Below, one piece after another: positions 1-9,326 of a stretch of DNA of 64,000 nt. Below the pieces are notes generated by a model. It made no database searches and was not told the DNA's origin. It was given only the letters and a program-made list of their open reading frames with translations. Each line of letters begins with the position of its first letter. Within the stretch, counting starts at the first letter, position 1. The stretch lies in assembly GCA_965230895.1 (NCBI GenBank), contig OZ246394.1, forward strand, positions 441,316-505,315, written 5' to 3'. A program made the position numbers and the translations under genes. This stretch comes from an uncultured Gammaproteobacteria bacterium (GTDB lineage Bacteria > Patescibacteriota > Microgenomatia > Levybacterales > UBA12049).

Positions 1-480
1 ATTGCAATTATCGGATTTAATATTCTTTTATATTCCATGTGGGATGATCCGTATGGAGGTTGGGCTTTTGGTTCGCGTTACTTGATCCCGGCTTATGCGA
101 TCCTTTCCATCTTTATCGCATACCTCTTGACCAAATGGCACAAGTATAATCTCTTTTTGTTATTCTTCTTCGCGCTCTTCAGTTATTCTGTCGCCGTGAA
201 TACCCTTGGTGCGATAACGTCAAACAGAAATCCACCAAAAGTAGAAGCAGTCGCATTATCAGAAATTACCAAACAGGAAGAACCATACACATACATGAGA
301 AATGTGAATTTATTGAATCGTAATTTGTCAAAGTCATATGTCTATGAAACCTACGTTTCAAATTCAATGACTGCATGGCAATATTATACATTCCTGACTG
401 CATTTATCATTATTGTTTCAGCATTTTTGCTTACTATCTTTAAAGTATTAGTAAAAGGAGGAGCACACCGTGAAGTTTGA
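1..480 (+). CDS. C-terminal fragment of a polytopic membrane glycosyltransferase (GT-C fold, ArnT/PMT-like); reading frame open to window start
   Basis: Frame 1 has no stop from nt 1 to 480; hydrophobic helices alternate with short loops; ends in a final TM (AFIIIVSAFLLTIF); resembles the C-terminal part of the next gene (paralogue). Confidence 0.45.
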   Translation: MAIIGFNILLYSMWDDPYGGWAFGSRYLIPAYAILSIFIAYLLTKWHKYNLFLLFFFALFSYSVAVNTLGAITSNRNPPKVEAVALSEITKQEEPYTYMRNVNLLNRNLSKSYVYETYVSNSMTAWQYYTFLTAFIIIVSAFLLTIFKVLVKGGAHREV

Positions 481-2101
481 TTTCAGATCATTATCATTTA
501 AATTCTCTTTCGATGATGCAATTATCAGCAAAACAAGACATTTCTTCGAGAAACGATCTCAGATAATTATTTTCTTTATACTTTCGATGGTCTCCATCGC
601 ATACTTTATGTATTATTACGCAAATGGCCTGGGCGTAGCATACAATGATGCCCGGTCTCATCTCGATATTTCACGTCGTGTTGTTGAGAATTTAACTCCT
701 GGCTTCGCGCAGCTTGGAAGTGTATGGCTACCACTTCCTCATTTACTTGCAACGCTTACCATCTGGAACGACTTTATGTGGCATTCAGGGCTATCAGGCG
801 CTATTCAATCAATGATTGCTTTCGTGGCTACAGGGCTCATTATTTACAATATCCTCAAAGTTTTCGGTGTAGGACTATTTGGGCGTTGGGTTGGTGTTCT
901 TGTCTTTGCTACAAATTTAAATATCTTGTACATGCAATCAACAGCGATGACAGAGTTATTGCTCATCGGCACAATGACAGCTGGTGCTTATCAATTATTA
1001 ATGTGGCATAAAGAAAGTACAATGGTACGGTTATTGCAGGCAGCATTTTGGGTTATGCTTTCAACGCTTATCCGATACGATGGCTGGTTCCTTCTCGCCT
1101 TTTCTTTCGCTTTAATCTTTATCCATTCGATTCGCAAATGGGGTTACAAAACAACTGAAGGTACACTTGTATTATTTACAACGCTTGCTGCTTTCGGTAT
1201 TGCTCTATGGTTATTCTGGAACCTTATGATCTTTAAAGACCCATTGTACTTTGCGTTTGGTCCATTCTCTGCAAATGCTCAGCAAAGTCAACTTGAAGCA
1301 GCAGGTGTCTTGGAGACAAAACATAACTTGGGCTTTTCTTTCCAGACATACATTTATGCAATGGTCTACAATTCAGGCTTATTCACCTTCATTTTAGGAG
1401 TCATTGGTATGGCGCTATTTTGGTTTGATAAAAAGATTAACGGAGATCTTCGTATCGCAGCGGTTGCGCTTATGGCACCATTTGCATTTAATATTGTGGC
1501 ATTATTCCTCGGTCATTCAGTGCTCTATGTCCAAGGCCTCCATGGTGAGTCATGGTTCAATGTCCGTTACGGATTGATGATGGTTCCATCGCTGGCAATT
1601 TTCGTCGGATATTTGGCACATCGATTAAAACCAGTTCGGGTTGTCTTACTTTCTCTCATACTTTTTGTTTCTGTATTCTCATTCTCCAATGCAGATGCAG
1701 TAACGATTGATGACGCTGTCGTCGGTGCGAGTGGTAAGAACGTGAAAGAAGTAAGTGGATGGTTGCAAGATAATGTCACAAACGAAGAAGGATTTGTCCT
1801 TATCTCTGCAGCTTCTCACGATGCTATTATCTTCTCTTCGCATCTTCCGATGAAGCGATTCATCCATGAAGGTACAGGGGACTATTGGAAAGAAGCTACA
1901 GCACATCCGAGTAGATGGGCACGATGGATTGTGCTTCGTACAAATGATGTGAATGATTCAACATTCCGTGAGATCGGTGATAATCCAGAGTTCAAAGAAC
2001 GATATACCCTCGAACGCACACTTCCATTTGCTGATATTTACGAGTTGAAACCTGAATATGTACCAAATGTTCGAACCCAGCCAAATTTGGAATTGAATTA
2101 A
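470..2101 (+). CDS. Polytopic membrane glycosyltransferase, GT-C fold (GT83/GT39-like, ArnT/PMT family)
   Basis: 543 aa with >10 predicted TM helices; first extracytoplasmic loop 'YNDARSHLDISRRVVEN' resembles the ArnT/PMT DE-x-R-Y catalytic loop; GTG start overlaps the stop of the preceding paralogue. Confidence 0.55.
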   Translation: MKFDFRSLSFKFSFDDAIISKTRHFFEKRSQIIIFFILSMVSIAYFMYYYANGLGVAYNDARSHLDISRRVVENLTPGFAQLGSVWLPLPHLLATLTIWNDFMWHSGLSGAIQSMIAFVATGLIIYNILKVFGVGLFGRWVGVLVFATNLNILYMQSTAMTELLLIGTMTAGAYQLLMWHKESTMVRLLQAAFWVMLSTLIRYDGWFLLAFSFALIFIHSIRKWGYKTTEGTLVLFTTLAAFGIALWLFWNLMIFKDPLYFAFGPFSANAQQSQLEAAGVLETKHNLGFSFQTYIYAMVYNSGLFTFILGVIGMALFWFDKKINGDLRIAAVALMAPFAFNIVALFLGHSVLYVQGLHGESWFNVRYGLMMVPSLAIFVGYLAHRLKPVRVVLLSLILFVSVFSFSNADAVTIDDAVVGASGKNVKEVSGWLQDNVTNEEGFVLISAASHDAIIFSSHLPMKRFIHEGTGDYWKEATAHPSRWARWIVLRTNDVNDSTFREIGDNPEFKERYTLERTLPFADIYELKPEYVPNVRTQPNLELN

Positions 2102-2123
2102 AAAAAGAAGTTACGGGATATAT

Positions 2124-2159
2124 CCCTCTCCTCCTAGGAGAGGGTTAGGGTGAGGTTTC
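2124..2159. repeat. 36-bp element R1 (8-bp-stem palindrome ccctctcc/ggagaggg plus gggtgaggtYtc tail); direct repeat of 2600..2635
   Basis: R1 ccctctcctcctaggagagggttagggtgaggtttc vs R2 ccctctcctcttaggagagggtccgggtgaggtctc; R1 encodes the last 4 codons plus stop of the DUF559 gene. Confidence 0.7.
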
Positions 2160-2510
2160 ATTTAACACTCTTATAATTTCTTCTAGCACAGTATCTGTAT
2201 TCATAAGCACATCATTATCCCAGAATCGTATTACGCTAATTCCATAGCTCTGCAACCTTTGAGATCTTCTATTATCATAATTATTATTTAAAACATGCTG
2301 ACTACCGTCCAATTCTATTCCAATCTTTTTTTCCAAACAGTAAAAATCCAAAATATAGTTATCTATTGGAAATTGTCTTCTAAATTTAAGGCCCATTATT
2401 TGTCTCTTTCGCAAGTGAAACCATAATACTTTCTCAGCATTGGTTGAATGAACTCGATTATTACGAGCGTAATTAATTAATTTAGGCGTATATAAATACT
2501 TATACTTCAT
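2145..2510 (-). CDS. DUF559 / Vsr-like endonuclease-domain protein
   Basis: LWFHLRKRQIMGLKFRRQFPIDNYILDFYC...IELDGSQH...RLQSYGISVIRFWDNDV matches the DUF559 (very-short-patch-repair-like endonuclease) signature. Confidence 0.75.
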   Translation of the reverse strand: MKYKYLYTPKLINYARNNRVHSTNAEKVLWFHLRKRQIMGLKFRRQFPIDNYILDFYCLEKKIGIELDGSQHVLNNNYDNRRSQRLQSYGISVIRFWDNDVLMNTDTVLEEIIRVLNETSP

Positions 2511-2549
2511 ACTATTATTACTAGAATAACATATTAAACCTCATCCTAT

Positions 2550-2570
2550 CCTTCTCCTAAAAGGAGAAGG
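2550..2570. repeat. Related palindrome ccttctcc-taaaa-ggagaagg in the DUF559 upstream region
   Basis: Perfect 8-bp inverted repeat with 5-nt spacer, same architecture as R1/R2 cores. Confidence 0.6.
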
Positions 2571-2599
2571 AGAATTGTTAAATTTCTGGTTTAATAAAA

Positions 2600-2635
2600 C
2601 CCTCTCCTCTTAGGAGAGGGTCCGGGTGAGGTCTC
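2600..2635. repeat. 36-bp element R2, direct repeat of R1 at 2124..2159
   Basis: 32/36 identities to R1 in the same orientation; the two copies bracket the DUF559 gene. Confidence 0.7.
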
Positions 2636-2681
2636 TTATGTAGATCTAGAACCTGAAACATACTCCTGCTATACTACAGAT

Positions 2682-3677
2682 ATGAAATTTCATAAACTTG
2701 GCCTGAAGGAAGTTATAATAGTCCTTTGCACATTTCTTTTAGGTATGACTGCGTATGCTGTTTTCAATCAACCAAAGATTACTGAGCCGGTGAAGAAGGG
2801 ACATTGGGAGTTCCAATCCATCGATACAATGAAAAACTCACGTGATCTTGCCCGTGAAGAGCTTCATGATACAAATTTTGCTCAGGAAGTAGATAAGCAA
2901 GTTGCAGATATTGCAGCGACTGGAGCCACACACATAGCTATTGGGACACCATATGATGATGAATTTCTCCCTGTAATTAAGCTTTGGGTCCGGACCGCAC
3001 GAAAGTATGACCTAAAAGTATGGTATCGAGGTAATTGGTCAGGCTGGGAACAATGGTTTGGCTATTCCAAGATCGATGAACAAACGCATATTAATAATAC
3101 GAGACAATTTATCCTCAACAATAGCAATCTGTTCGAAAATGGTGATGTCTTCACTTCGTGCCCTGAATGTGAGAATGGAGCAAAACTTGAGACCGGAAAT
3201 AGCTTTGCTGTCGTCCAATATCGCAGATTCCTTATCGATGAATACACTTCTACAAAAGGTGCTTTTGCCCAAATTGGGAAAGATGTGAAGGCTAATTACT
3301 ATTCCATGAACGCTGATGTCGCAAAAACAGTCATGGATCGAGAAACAACTAAAGAACTTGATGGAGTTGTAGTCATTGACCATTATGTCCGCACACCTGA
3401 GCAACTCGCAAATGATGTTTCGATCATTGCTCAGCAAAGCGGCGGTCAAATCGTTTTGGGAGAAATTGGTGTTCCAATCCCTGATATCCATGGGAAAATG
3501 AACGAAGAAGAACGAGCTCAATGGTTAGACGAAGCATTATTACTCCTTTCTCAGAAGGAAGAACTCATTGGTATGAATTACTGGGTAAACCTTGGCGGCT
3601 CAACTGCGCTTTGGGATAAAGATGGCAAACCCACAAAAACCCAAGAAGTCCTCATGAAATACTACAAAGGAAAGTAG
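2682..3677 (+). CDS. Membrane-anchored/secreted hypothetical protein (possible TIM-barrel glycoside hydrolase-like)
   Basis: N-terminal TM/signal anchor (IIVLCTFLLGMTAYAVF); Trp/aromatic-rich (WYRGNWSGWEQWFGY); no catalytic motif confidently identified. Confidence 0.3.
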   Translation: MKFHKLGLKEVIIVLCTFLLGMTAYAVFNQPKITEPVKKGHWEFQSIDTMKNSRDLAREELHDTNFAQEVDKQVADIAATGATHIAIGTPYDDEFLPVIKLWVRTARKYDLKVWYRGNWSGWEQWFGYSKIDEQTHINNTRQFILNNSNLFENGDVFTSCPECENGAKLETGNSFAVVQYRRFLIDEYTSTKGAFAQIGKDVKANYYSMNADVAKTVMDRETTKELDGVVVIDHYVRTPEQLANDVSIIAQQSGGQIVLGEIGVPIPDIHGKMNEEERAQWLDEALLLLSQKEELIGMNYWVNLGGSTALWDKDGKPTKTQEVLMKYYKGK

Positions 3678-3824
3678 CTTTTGCCTGAGCGTAGTCGAAG
3701 GCTTTTTACACTTCGACTCCATTACATTTCGCTCAATGTAAATATAACATCCCATATTTAAACCTAAATTACTCATACAATTAGCCTTAAATTAGGCTAT
3801 TTTATATAAAATAGATTTACCCCC

Positions 3825-3853
3825 TTGACATCCCATAATATATATTATATAAT
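3825..3853 (+). promoter_or_regulatory. Sigma70-like promoter (TTGACA-17 bp-TATAAT) for the LAPTG-protein/sortase operon
   Basis: ttgaca at 3825-3830, 17-nt spacer, tataat at 3848-3853, ~45 bp upstream of ATG 3901. Confidence 0.6.
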
Positions 3854-3900
3854 CCCTTCAATATTAATATAGGCTTAAATAATCCTATATTTTTGAACTT

Positions 3901-4515
3901 ATGAACAAAAAGATTTTACTTACATCAATTGCTGGAACAGCCTTATTCTTAACGGCTGCTACTCCTGCACATGCAAATCCAATTCCTGAATTTGGAACTT
4001 GCCTTAACCCACAATGGTCTAAGACACAACAAAATACTGGTACAAAACACGGCGTTGTAGGAATTGGTACATATGCTGGTGTTGATTCTATCTATGAATC
4101 AAATGGTAATGTTTTACAATGTCTCTGCACAAACGATGGGAAAGGCTACCAAACAAATTGGTTAAAAGCAGATAACCTTTCAAAAGGCCAAAAAGAAGAA
4201 TTAAAAGCACAAGGTTGGATTTATGTAGCCTACGGTGAAGACTGGGGTTTGCAAAAATCAGCATACATGGCTAAGAACACAGAATACACATGTGCAGACT
4301 GTACGCCAACTCCAACAACAACTGTTACTCCTACAGTAACAAGTGTTCCTGGACCTACAGCAACTCCAGCACCGACAACAAAGACTGAAGAAAAAACTGA
4401 GAACAAAGTTCTCGGCGGACTCGCACCTACAGGAAATGCTTTAGCTATGTACTTGGCAATCCTCGCCGGAGTAGGCTCACTTATCACAGGGCTTGTGTTG
4501 CGCAAGTCAAAATAA
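3901..4515 (+). CDS. Sortase-anchored surface protein (LAPTG cell-wall sorting signal)
   Basis: Signal peptide (LLTSIAGTALFLTAATPAHA); Cys-containing N-domain; Thr/Pro-rich linker (TPTPTTTVTPTVTSVPGPTATPAPTT); C-terminal LAPTG + hydrophobic stretch + RKSK tail. Confidence 0.8.
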   Translation: MNKKILLTSIAGTALFLTAATPAHANPIPEFGTCLNPQWSKTQQNTGTKHGVVGIGTYAGVDSIYESNGNVLQCLCTNDGKGYQTNWLKADNLSKGQKEELKAQGWIYVAYGEDWGLQKSAYMAKNTEYTCADCTPTPTTTVTPTVTSVPGPTATPAPTTKTEEKTENKVLGGLAPTGNALAMYLAILAGVGSLITGLVLRKSK

Positions 4516-4527
4516 GGAGGTACTACC

Positions 4528-5064
4528 ATGAAACTGCTCTCTACTCTCTTTGTCATCATCGGACTCATTCTCGTTTCTTTCGGAGGATATCAACTATATC
4601 TGCGCGAAAATCCGCATAAGCTTTCATTTGATAATTATGCATATGCTGTCGATCATAAAGCTGAAGCAAAGCAACTTCCGGCACAAGTGGCGATACATGA
4701 TGTTAATATTGATGTTCCTGTCTATCCTGCAACGATTTCAAATGGACAATGGCCAGTTATAGAAAATGGAGCATCATATCTCTCGACATCTCCTCTCCCA
4801 GGCGAAAAAGGAAATAGTGTTATTTACGCACATAATTGGAAGAATCTTTTTGGTAATCTCGTGAATACCAAACCAGGAGAAGAAGTCGTTATAACTTACA
4901 AAGATGGGAGCAAAAAGACTTTTGTTATCGAATACACAAGCACTGTGTCTCCAAATGAATCAACAATCCTCGCTCCATCAAAAGATAAGAGAATTACGTT
5001 GTATACCTGCACCGGATTCTTAGATTCAAAAAGATTTGTTGTTGTAGCGTTGTTGAAGAACTAA
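4528..5064 (+). CDS. srt: Sortase (transpeptidase)
   Basis: N-terminal TM; catalytic TLxTC-type motif 'ITLYTCTG'; conserved His region 'VIYAHNW'; strong RBS AAGGAGG; lies immediately after its substrate gene. Confidence 0.85.
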   Translation: MKLLSTLFVIIGLILVSFGGYQLYLRENPHKLSFDNYAYAVDHKAEAKQLPAQVAIHDVNIDVPVYPATISNGQWPVIENGASYLSTSPLPGEKGNSVIYAHNWKNLFGNLVNTKPGEEVVITYKDGSKKTFVIEYTSTVSPNESTILAPSKDKRITLYTCTGFLDSKRFVVVALLKN

Positions 5065-5450
5065 TCCTCTTCCCTATTTACCTGTGTTACTTTTCCACCA
5101 TCTTTTTCAATGACATTGCCATGTGCTAAATCAACGATGAGATGTATTCCTCCTTTAGCATGAGCATCTTGCACTTCTCCTCTGACACGCACATTTATAT
5201 CCAATGGCTCTGTACCCGGTCGAACATCAGCTTCAACCAATGTAGCATTTCCACGGATAATCAAAGCAGTTTCACCAAATAGTGGTTTCTTTACTTTCGG
5301 AGGCTTAACATCACTAGCAACTCCTATTTCGACAAGGACATCTCCTGTACTATAAAAGTGTCCATCTAATCCACCTTGAGGTTTATTTAGTTTTCGAACT
5401 GGCAATGCAGCGAATTCACTCAGTCGTTGTATAATTCTGCGTTCAGGCAT
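5061..5450 (-). CDS. Hypothetical protein (weak beta-helix/bactofilin-like periodicity)
   Basis: 129 aa, Gly/Val-rich repeats (GDVLVEIGVASDV...ALIIRGNATLVEADV...GGIHLIVDLAHGNV); family not identified. Confidence 0.25.
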   Translation of the reverse strand: MPERRIIQRLSEFAALPVRKLNKPQGGLDGHFYSTGDVLVEIGVASDVKPPKVKKPLFGETALIIRGNATLVEADVRPGTEPLDINVRVRGEVQDAHAKGGIHLIVDLAHGNVIEKDGGKVTQVNREED

Positions 5451-5725
5451 AAGCTACGATTATACCATGCTCAGCTATAAATGTCTCACCCATAAAAAAG
5501 CCTCCTCAAGATGAGAAGGCTTTCCCCGTAACGTGATTCGCAGTAGTATATGGAATATACTTTTTGCAGAGATTACTGCTGATTTCGATCGTTCTTTTTA
5601 GCATAAGTAGCATATATTATTGAAGTAACATCTCAGAAAGAACCTTTCTATAAATGTGTAAGAATGATACAAAATTCAAGACAGAGCTAGTATTTTATTA
5701 ATAGATATGTATATACTATTAATAT

Positions 5726-6466
5726 ATGTCGAGCTCTTCTACAGAAAAAGATATTCAGAACCAACTTCGCGAGGGCGCAAAATTAGTTGAACAATCCTTC
5801 CGTTTCGAAAAAACTGAAGATGGATCCGTAACCAATGTAAAGCCTGCTTCAAGCACTGAAGCTATCAAGCAAGAAAAAAGCCCCTATACGAGCCAAACTG
5901 CTGCCGCCAAAGGTGCTCTCAAAGCAGTGACTGATTACATCAGTTTTGATAATAAGAAGCAAAGTGAGAAAGATGATACCATCGTCGACGTCAAAGTCCG
6001 CAATCCTTTTCATAAGATCATGAATCTCTTGCAGGATATTAAGAGCAAGCAGTCGACTACTGTCAGTATGCGCTTTACTATCCCACTGATTGCGCTTCCG
6101 ATCGTCCTTCTTGCTGCTTTTCAGCTAGGACGTGCACAAACTGTTTGTGCATCGAGGTTTACGTCTCAGATTGGAGTATTGAGATCTTTAACTGTCATGT
6201 CGCCTATTGAAGGAACTGTTGATGTCTATTCACATCTTTTATCTTTCTTTCCCGATATTCCCAGGTTACAAAAAGCAGAAGAACTACATTTAGCGAGAAG
6301 GACGATTCTTGTAGGTCTAGATGGAAAGATTCTCGATGTGCTCCATGATGAGAAATTGAAGATGAAGGGATTTGATGGAGAAGGTGTGATTCTTTCAGGA
6401 AATCTTTCTCCATGTGCAGGGACGATTAGCCTCGATGCAGAAGAAAATATTTCTTTGACTAATTAA
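5726..6466 (+). CDS. Hypothetical single-pass membrane protein
   Basis: 246 aa; one central TM (IPLIALPIVLLAAFQLG); no recognisable domain. Confidence 0.3.
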   Translation: MSSSSTEKDIQNQLREGAKLVEQSFRFEKTEDGSVTNVKPASSTEAIKQEKSPYTSQTAAAKGALKAVTDYISFDNKKQSEKDDTIVDVKVRNPFHKIMNLLQDIKSKQSTTVSMRFTIPLIALPIVLLAAFQLGRAQTVCASRFTSQIGVLRSLTVMSPIEGTVDVYSHLLSFFPDIPRLQKAEELHLARRTILVGLDGKILDVLHDEKLKMKGFDGEGVILSGNLSPCAGTISLDAEENISLTN

Positions 6467-6525
6467 GCTCTACTATAATATTCACGTACCATTTAGCCTG
6501 GTTTTATAGTAGAATAAAAGCCTCT

Positions 6526-8055
6526 ATGAAATTTTCAAAGCGTATAGTTTTTGTAGTGATTGCAATTTTTACTGTAGGACTCTTCAGCATAGCTATAGTA
6601 AGTTACACACAAAAAGAAATTGAAGTTAAAAAAGAAACCGCAAAAAGAGAAGCTTTATATAATCAAATTTTAGAAGGTTCTACCACCAAACCAACAACTG
6701 TATCTGTTGATTTTTCTTTATCCACTGCAAAAGGATCTCCATTAGTTTTTGGAGGATCACACCATCCAAATATAAACCATGCAGATGCTTGGAATAAGAT
6801 ACAAAACGTAGGGGTAACAATGATTAGAACAGATTTAGCAATGAATTACATGATTCGAAATACAACGTTACAAGATTACAAAAGTAACAAAAATGATATT
6901 CAAAATATCAAAAACTGGAATAATATAGATCTAAAAAAGATTAACAATGTGTTTGCAGAGGCACATTCAAGAGATATGAAAACTATTGGAATCATGGACT
7001 ATGCTCCTCCATGGTTAACACATGATGGCTCTGACTTTGGAGTTCCAACAGATTGGGAAGTATTTGAAGATATAGTTAAGAAAACCTATAAATACCATAG
7101 AAATGAACTTGATTATGTTGAGTTATGGAATGAAGCAAATCATGGACATTTTCTTCGCCCGGCTGGAAGTGGGATGTCAAGAGCTGAAGCTTATGAAAAA
7201 ATATATTATCATGCAGCAAAGGCTATTCGTGAAGTAGATGCAGAAGCAAATGATGGGAAAATTATACCTTTAGGAGGTCCTGTTGATCCATCTCCCAATG
7301 ATACAGCATTACTTGAACCGATTCTTAAAAATGAAGTAACACGAAGACAAGTTAATTTCATTAGTTATCACAATTATTATACTGCTGAACCTTCTTGGGA
7401 CAAGTATAAAACCTTATTAAAGCAATATAATATGGAAAACTATCCAATTTTTATAACAGAATGGAATATAGATGGCAAAAATGAAGTTGATGATCCTAAA
7501 AAAACTTCAGTTGATGCAATAATCTACACTGGTAATAAACTTGTAGATTTCTTAAAAATGGGGCTTACTGGAGCTAACTATTACTCCTTACAATCAATTA
7601 AAGAGGGGTCTGTCTATTTGGGATTTTACAAATGGGTTAACAATAAAGCGGAGCTCTTACCACAAGGAAAAACCTGGATGATAATGAGTAGACAAATGGG
7701 CTTAGGAAAAGGTGAAAGTACAATTTACCCAGTTCTAACTGAAGACAAAAACTTAAATAGTATTGGTTTTATAAATTCCACAAATGAACGAGGTGTCGTT
7801 TTGGTAAACTCCTCAAATGAAGCTCGTATGACATCGTTCAAATTAGAAAACACTCGAGTTGCACACACTGCCAAGATTAAAGTATACTACGCTTCTGGTA
7901 TTTATGATCCAGCTAAACCCATTTATGATGGAGTTATCAAAGCAACAAATGGTACAATCGATTTAGTTTTAGTTATACCAAAAGAGTCAGTTGTTGGAAT
8001 AAAACTTACTGGAGACAAAGAATGGTTTGATTTCCTCAATTTAACTTCTAATTAG
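6526..8055 (+). CDS. Secreted glycoside hydrolase, clan GH-A (GH5/GH39-like)
   Basis: N-terminal TM/signal; 'YVELWNEANHG' matches the clan GH-A catalytic acid/base NEP motif; 509 aa. Confidence 0.55.
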   Translation: MKFSKRIVFVVIAIFTVGLFSIAIVSYTQKEIEVKKETAKREALYNQILEGSTTKPTTVSVDFSLSTAKGSPLVFGGSHHPNINHADAWNKIQNVGVTMIRTDLAMNYMIRNTTLQDYKSNKNDIQNIKNWNNIDLKKINNVFAEAHSRDMKTIGIMDYAPPWLTHDGSDFGVPTDWEVFEDIVKKTYKYHRNELDYVELWNEANHGHFLRPAGSGMSRAEAYEKIYYHAAKAIREVDAEANDGKIIPLGGPVDPSPNDTALLEPILKNEVTRRQVNFISYHNYYTAEPSWDKYKTLLKQYNMENYPIFITEWNIDGKNEVDDPKKTSVDAIIYTGNKLVDFLKMGLTGANYYSLQSIKEGSVYLGFYKWVNNKAELLPQGKTWMIMSRQMGLGKGESTIYPVLTEDKNLNSIGFINSTNERGVVLVNSSNEARMTSFKLENTRVAHTAKIKVYYASGIYDPAKPIYDGVIKATNGTIDLVLVIPKESVVGIKLTGDKEWFDFLNLTSN

Positions 8056-8072
8056 TCTCATTAACTTTAGTT

Positions 8073-9326
8073 ATGAATTTAAAAAACTTACTACAGCTAT
8101 TTTTGAACGATTCTCTTTTTAAAAACTCTATTTACATCATGTTGAGTACTGCGATATTAGCGTTTCTTGGGTTCTTTTTTTGGATCGTAAATGCAAGACT
8201 ATATACTCCGGAGCAAGTTGGACTTGCAACTACATTACTTTCTGTTGTTGGATTAATTTCAAATGTTTGCTTATTAGGATTTAATAATGGCTTAATACGA
8301 TATCTGCCAACATCTGAACACAAGAATGACATGATTAATACAACACTTGTGCTAGTAGGATTTGCTTCACTAATATTAGGAATTCTTTATACAGTTTTTA
8401 TTGATGTTTTTTCTCCAAAGCTATCATTTATTAGAAATGATTTAGGTCTTTACTTTATTTTTCTTATATTTGTTGTCCTTTCTTCGTTTAGTGCTCTATC
8501 AGAAAATATATTCATTGCATTTCGAAATTCAAAGTATATTCTTATTAGGAACACATTGTTAAGTATAATAAAATTAATTTTTCCTTTATTTTTAGTGGCT
8601 TTAGGAGCTTATGGAATATTTTTATCAGTTGGAATCGCTACCGCAGTTTCATTCGTTGTGAGTATAGTTTATTTAGTTAAAAAGTTTGATTACAAAATTA
8701 AATTTATTGTTAATAAAATACTTGTTAGGAGGATGTTTAAATTCTCCTTAGCAAATTATATAGCAGGCTTAATTGGAGGATTACCTCAAACAATTCTTCC
8801 GATTTTAATTACAAATCATTTGGGACCATCCTATACTGCTTTTTATTATATGCCTATGATGATTGCTTCTCTACTTTTTATAATCCCGCAAGGAATAACA
8901 AAATCTCTTTTCGCAGAAGGTTCGACTAACGAAAAAGAGTTAAGTAAAATGTATAGAAAATCTTTAAAACTAAACGTCGCAATTTATCTTCCTGCAATGA
9001 TAATTTCTTTACTATTAGGACAATATGTATTGCTTGCATTCGGACCTGAATACGCAAAAGAAGGTACTACATTTCTTCAATTGTTAGCAGTTTCCGGAAT
9101 TTTTGTCTCCATCAACTCTATCATTGGCACTATACTAAATATACGCCACAAGTTAAAAGAGATTATTTTTATTAATGTATTTACAGTAGTTATAATACTC
9201 GGGTTGAGTTATGTTCTAACCTCAATGTATCTACTTGGAATTGGTATAGCTTGGATCATCGGCCAAATTGTCATGAGTGTTATATACTTTATTGTATATA
9301 TGCGTCTTAAGTCTAAATCAAAATGA
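8073..9326 (+). CDS. Polysaccharide biosynthesis protein / Wzx-like flippase (MOP superfamily)
   Basis: 417 aa, ~12 TM helices, typical Wzx hydropathy and length. Confidence 0.65.
   Translation: MNLKNLLQLFLNDSLFKNSIYIMLSTAILAFLGFFFWIVNARLYTPEQVGLATTLLSVVGLISNVCLLGFNNGLIRYLPTSEHKNDMINTTLVLVGFASLILGILYTVFIDVFSPKLSFIRNDLGLYFIFLIFVVLSSFSALSENIFIAFRNSKYILIRNTLLSIIKLIFPLFLVALGAYGIFLSVGIATAVSFVVSIVYLVKKFDYKIKFIVNKILVRRMFKFSLANYIAGLIGGLPQTILPILITNHLGPSYTAFYYMPMMIASLLFIIPQGITKSLFAEGSTNEKELSKMYRKSLKLNVAIYLPAMIISLLLGQYVLLAFGPEYAKEGTTFLQLLAVSGIFVSINSIIGTILNIRHKLKEIIFINVFTVVIILGLSYVLTSMYLLGIGIAWIIGQIVMSVIYFIVYMRLKSKSK

Noticed and set aside
724-1011. Internal +-strand ORF (95 aa) inside the GT-C gene, and similar short ORFs at 1567-1906 (-)
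   Set aside because: Fully embedded in or antisense to a long, well-supported membrane-protein ORF. Composition is typical of shadow frames.
3039-3521. Antisense ORFs (160, 76, 61 aa) within the 2682-3677 gene
   Set aside because: They overlap the longer sense ORF, which has a signal anchor and a coherent domain. No RBS or independent support.
4300-4390. Apparent DNA tandem repetition (acwccwaca units)
   Set aside because: It is the codon-level consequence of the Thr/Pro-rich linker in the sortase substrate, not an independent repeat element or CRISPR array.
4230-4568. Minus-strand 112-aa ORF overlapping the LAPTG protein and sortase start
   Set aside because: It is the reverse complement of the Thr/Pro-rich linker codons (giving a Val/Gly-rich artefact). 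The sense genes have strong signals.
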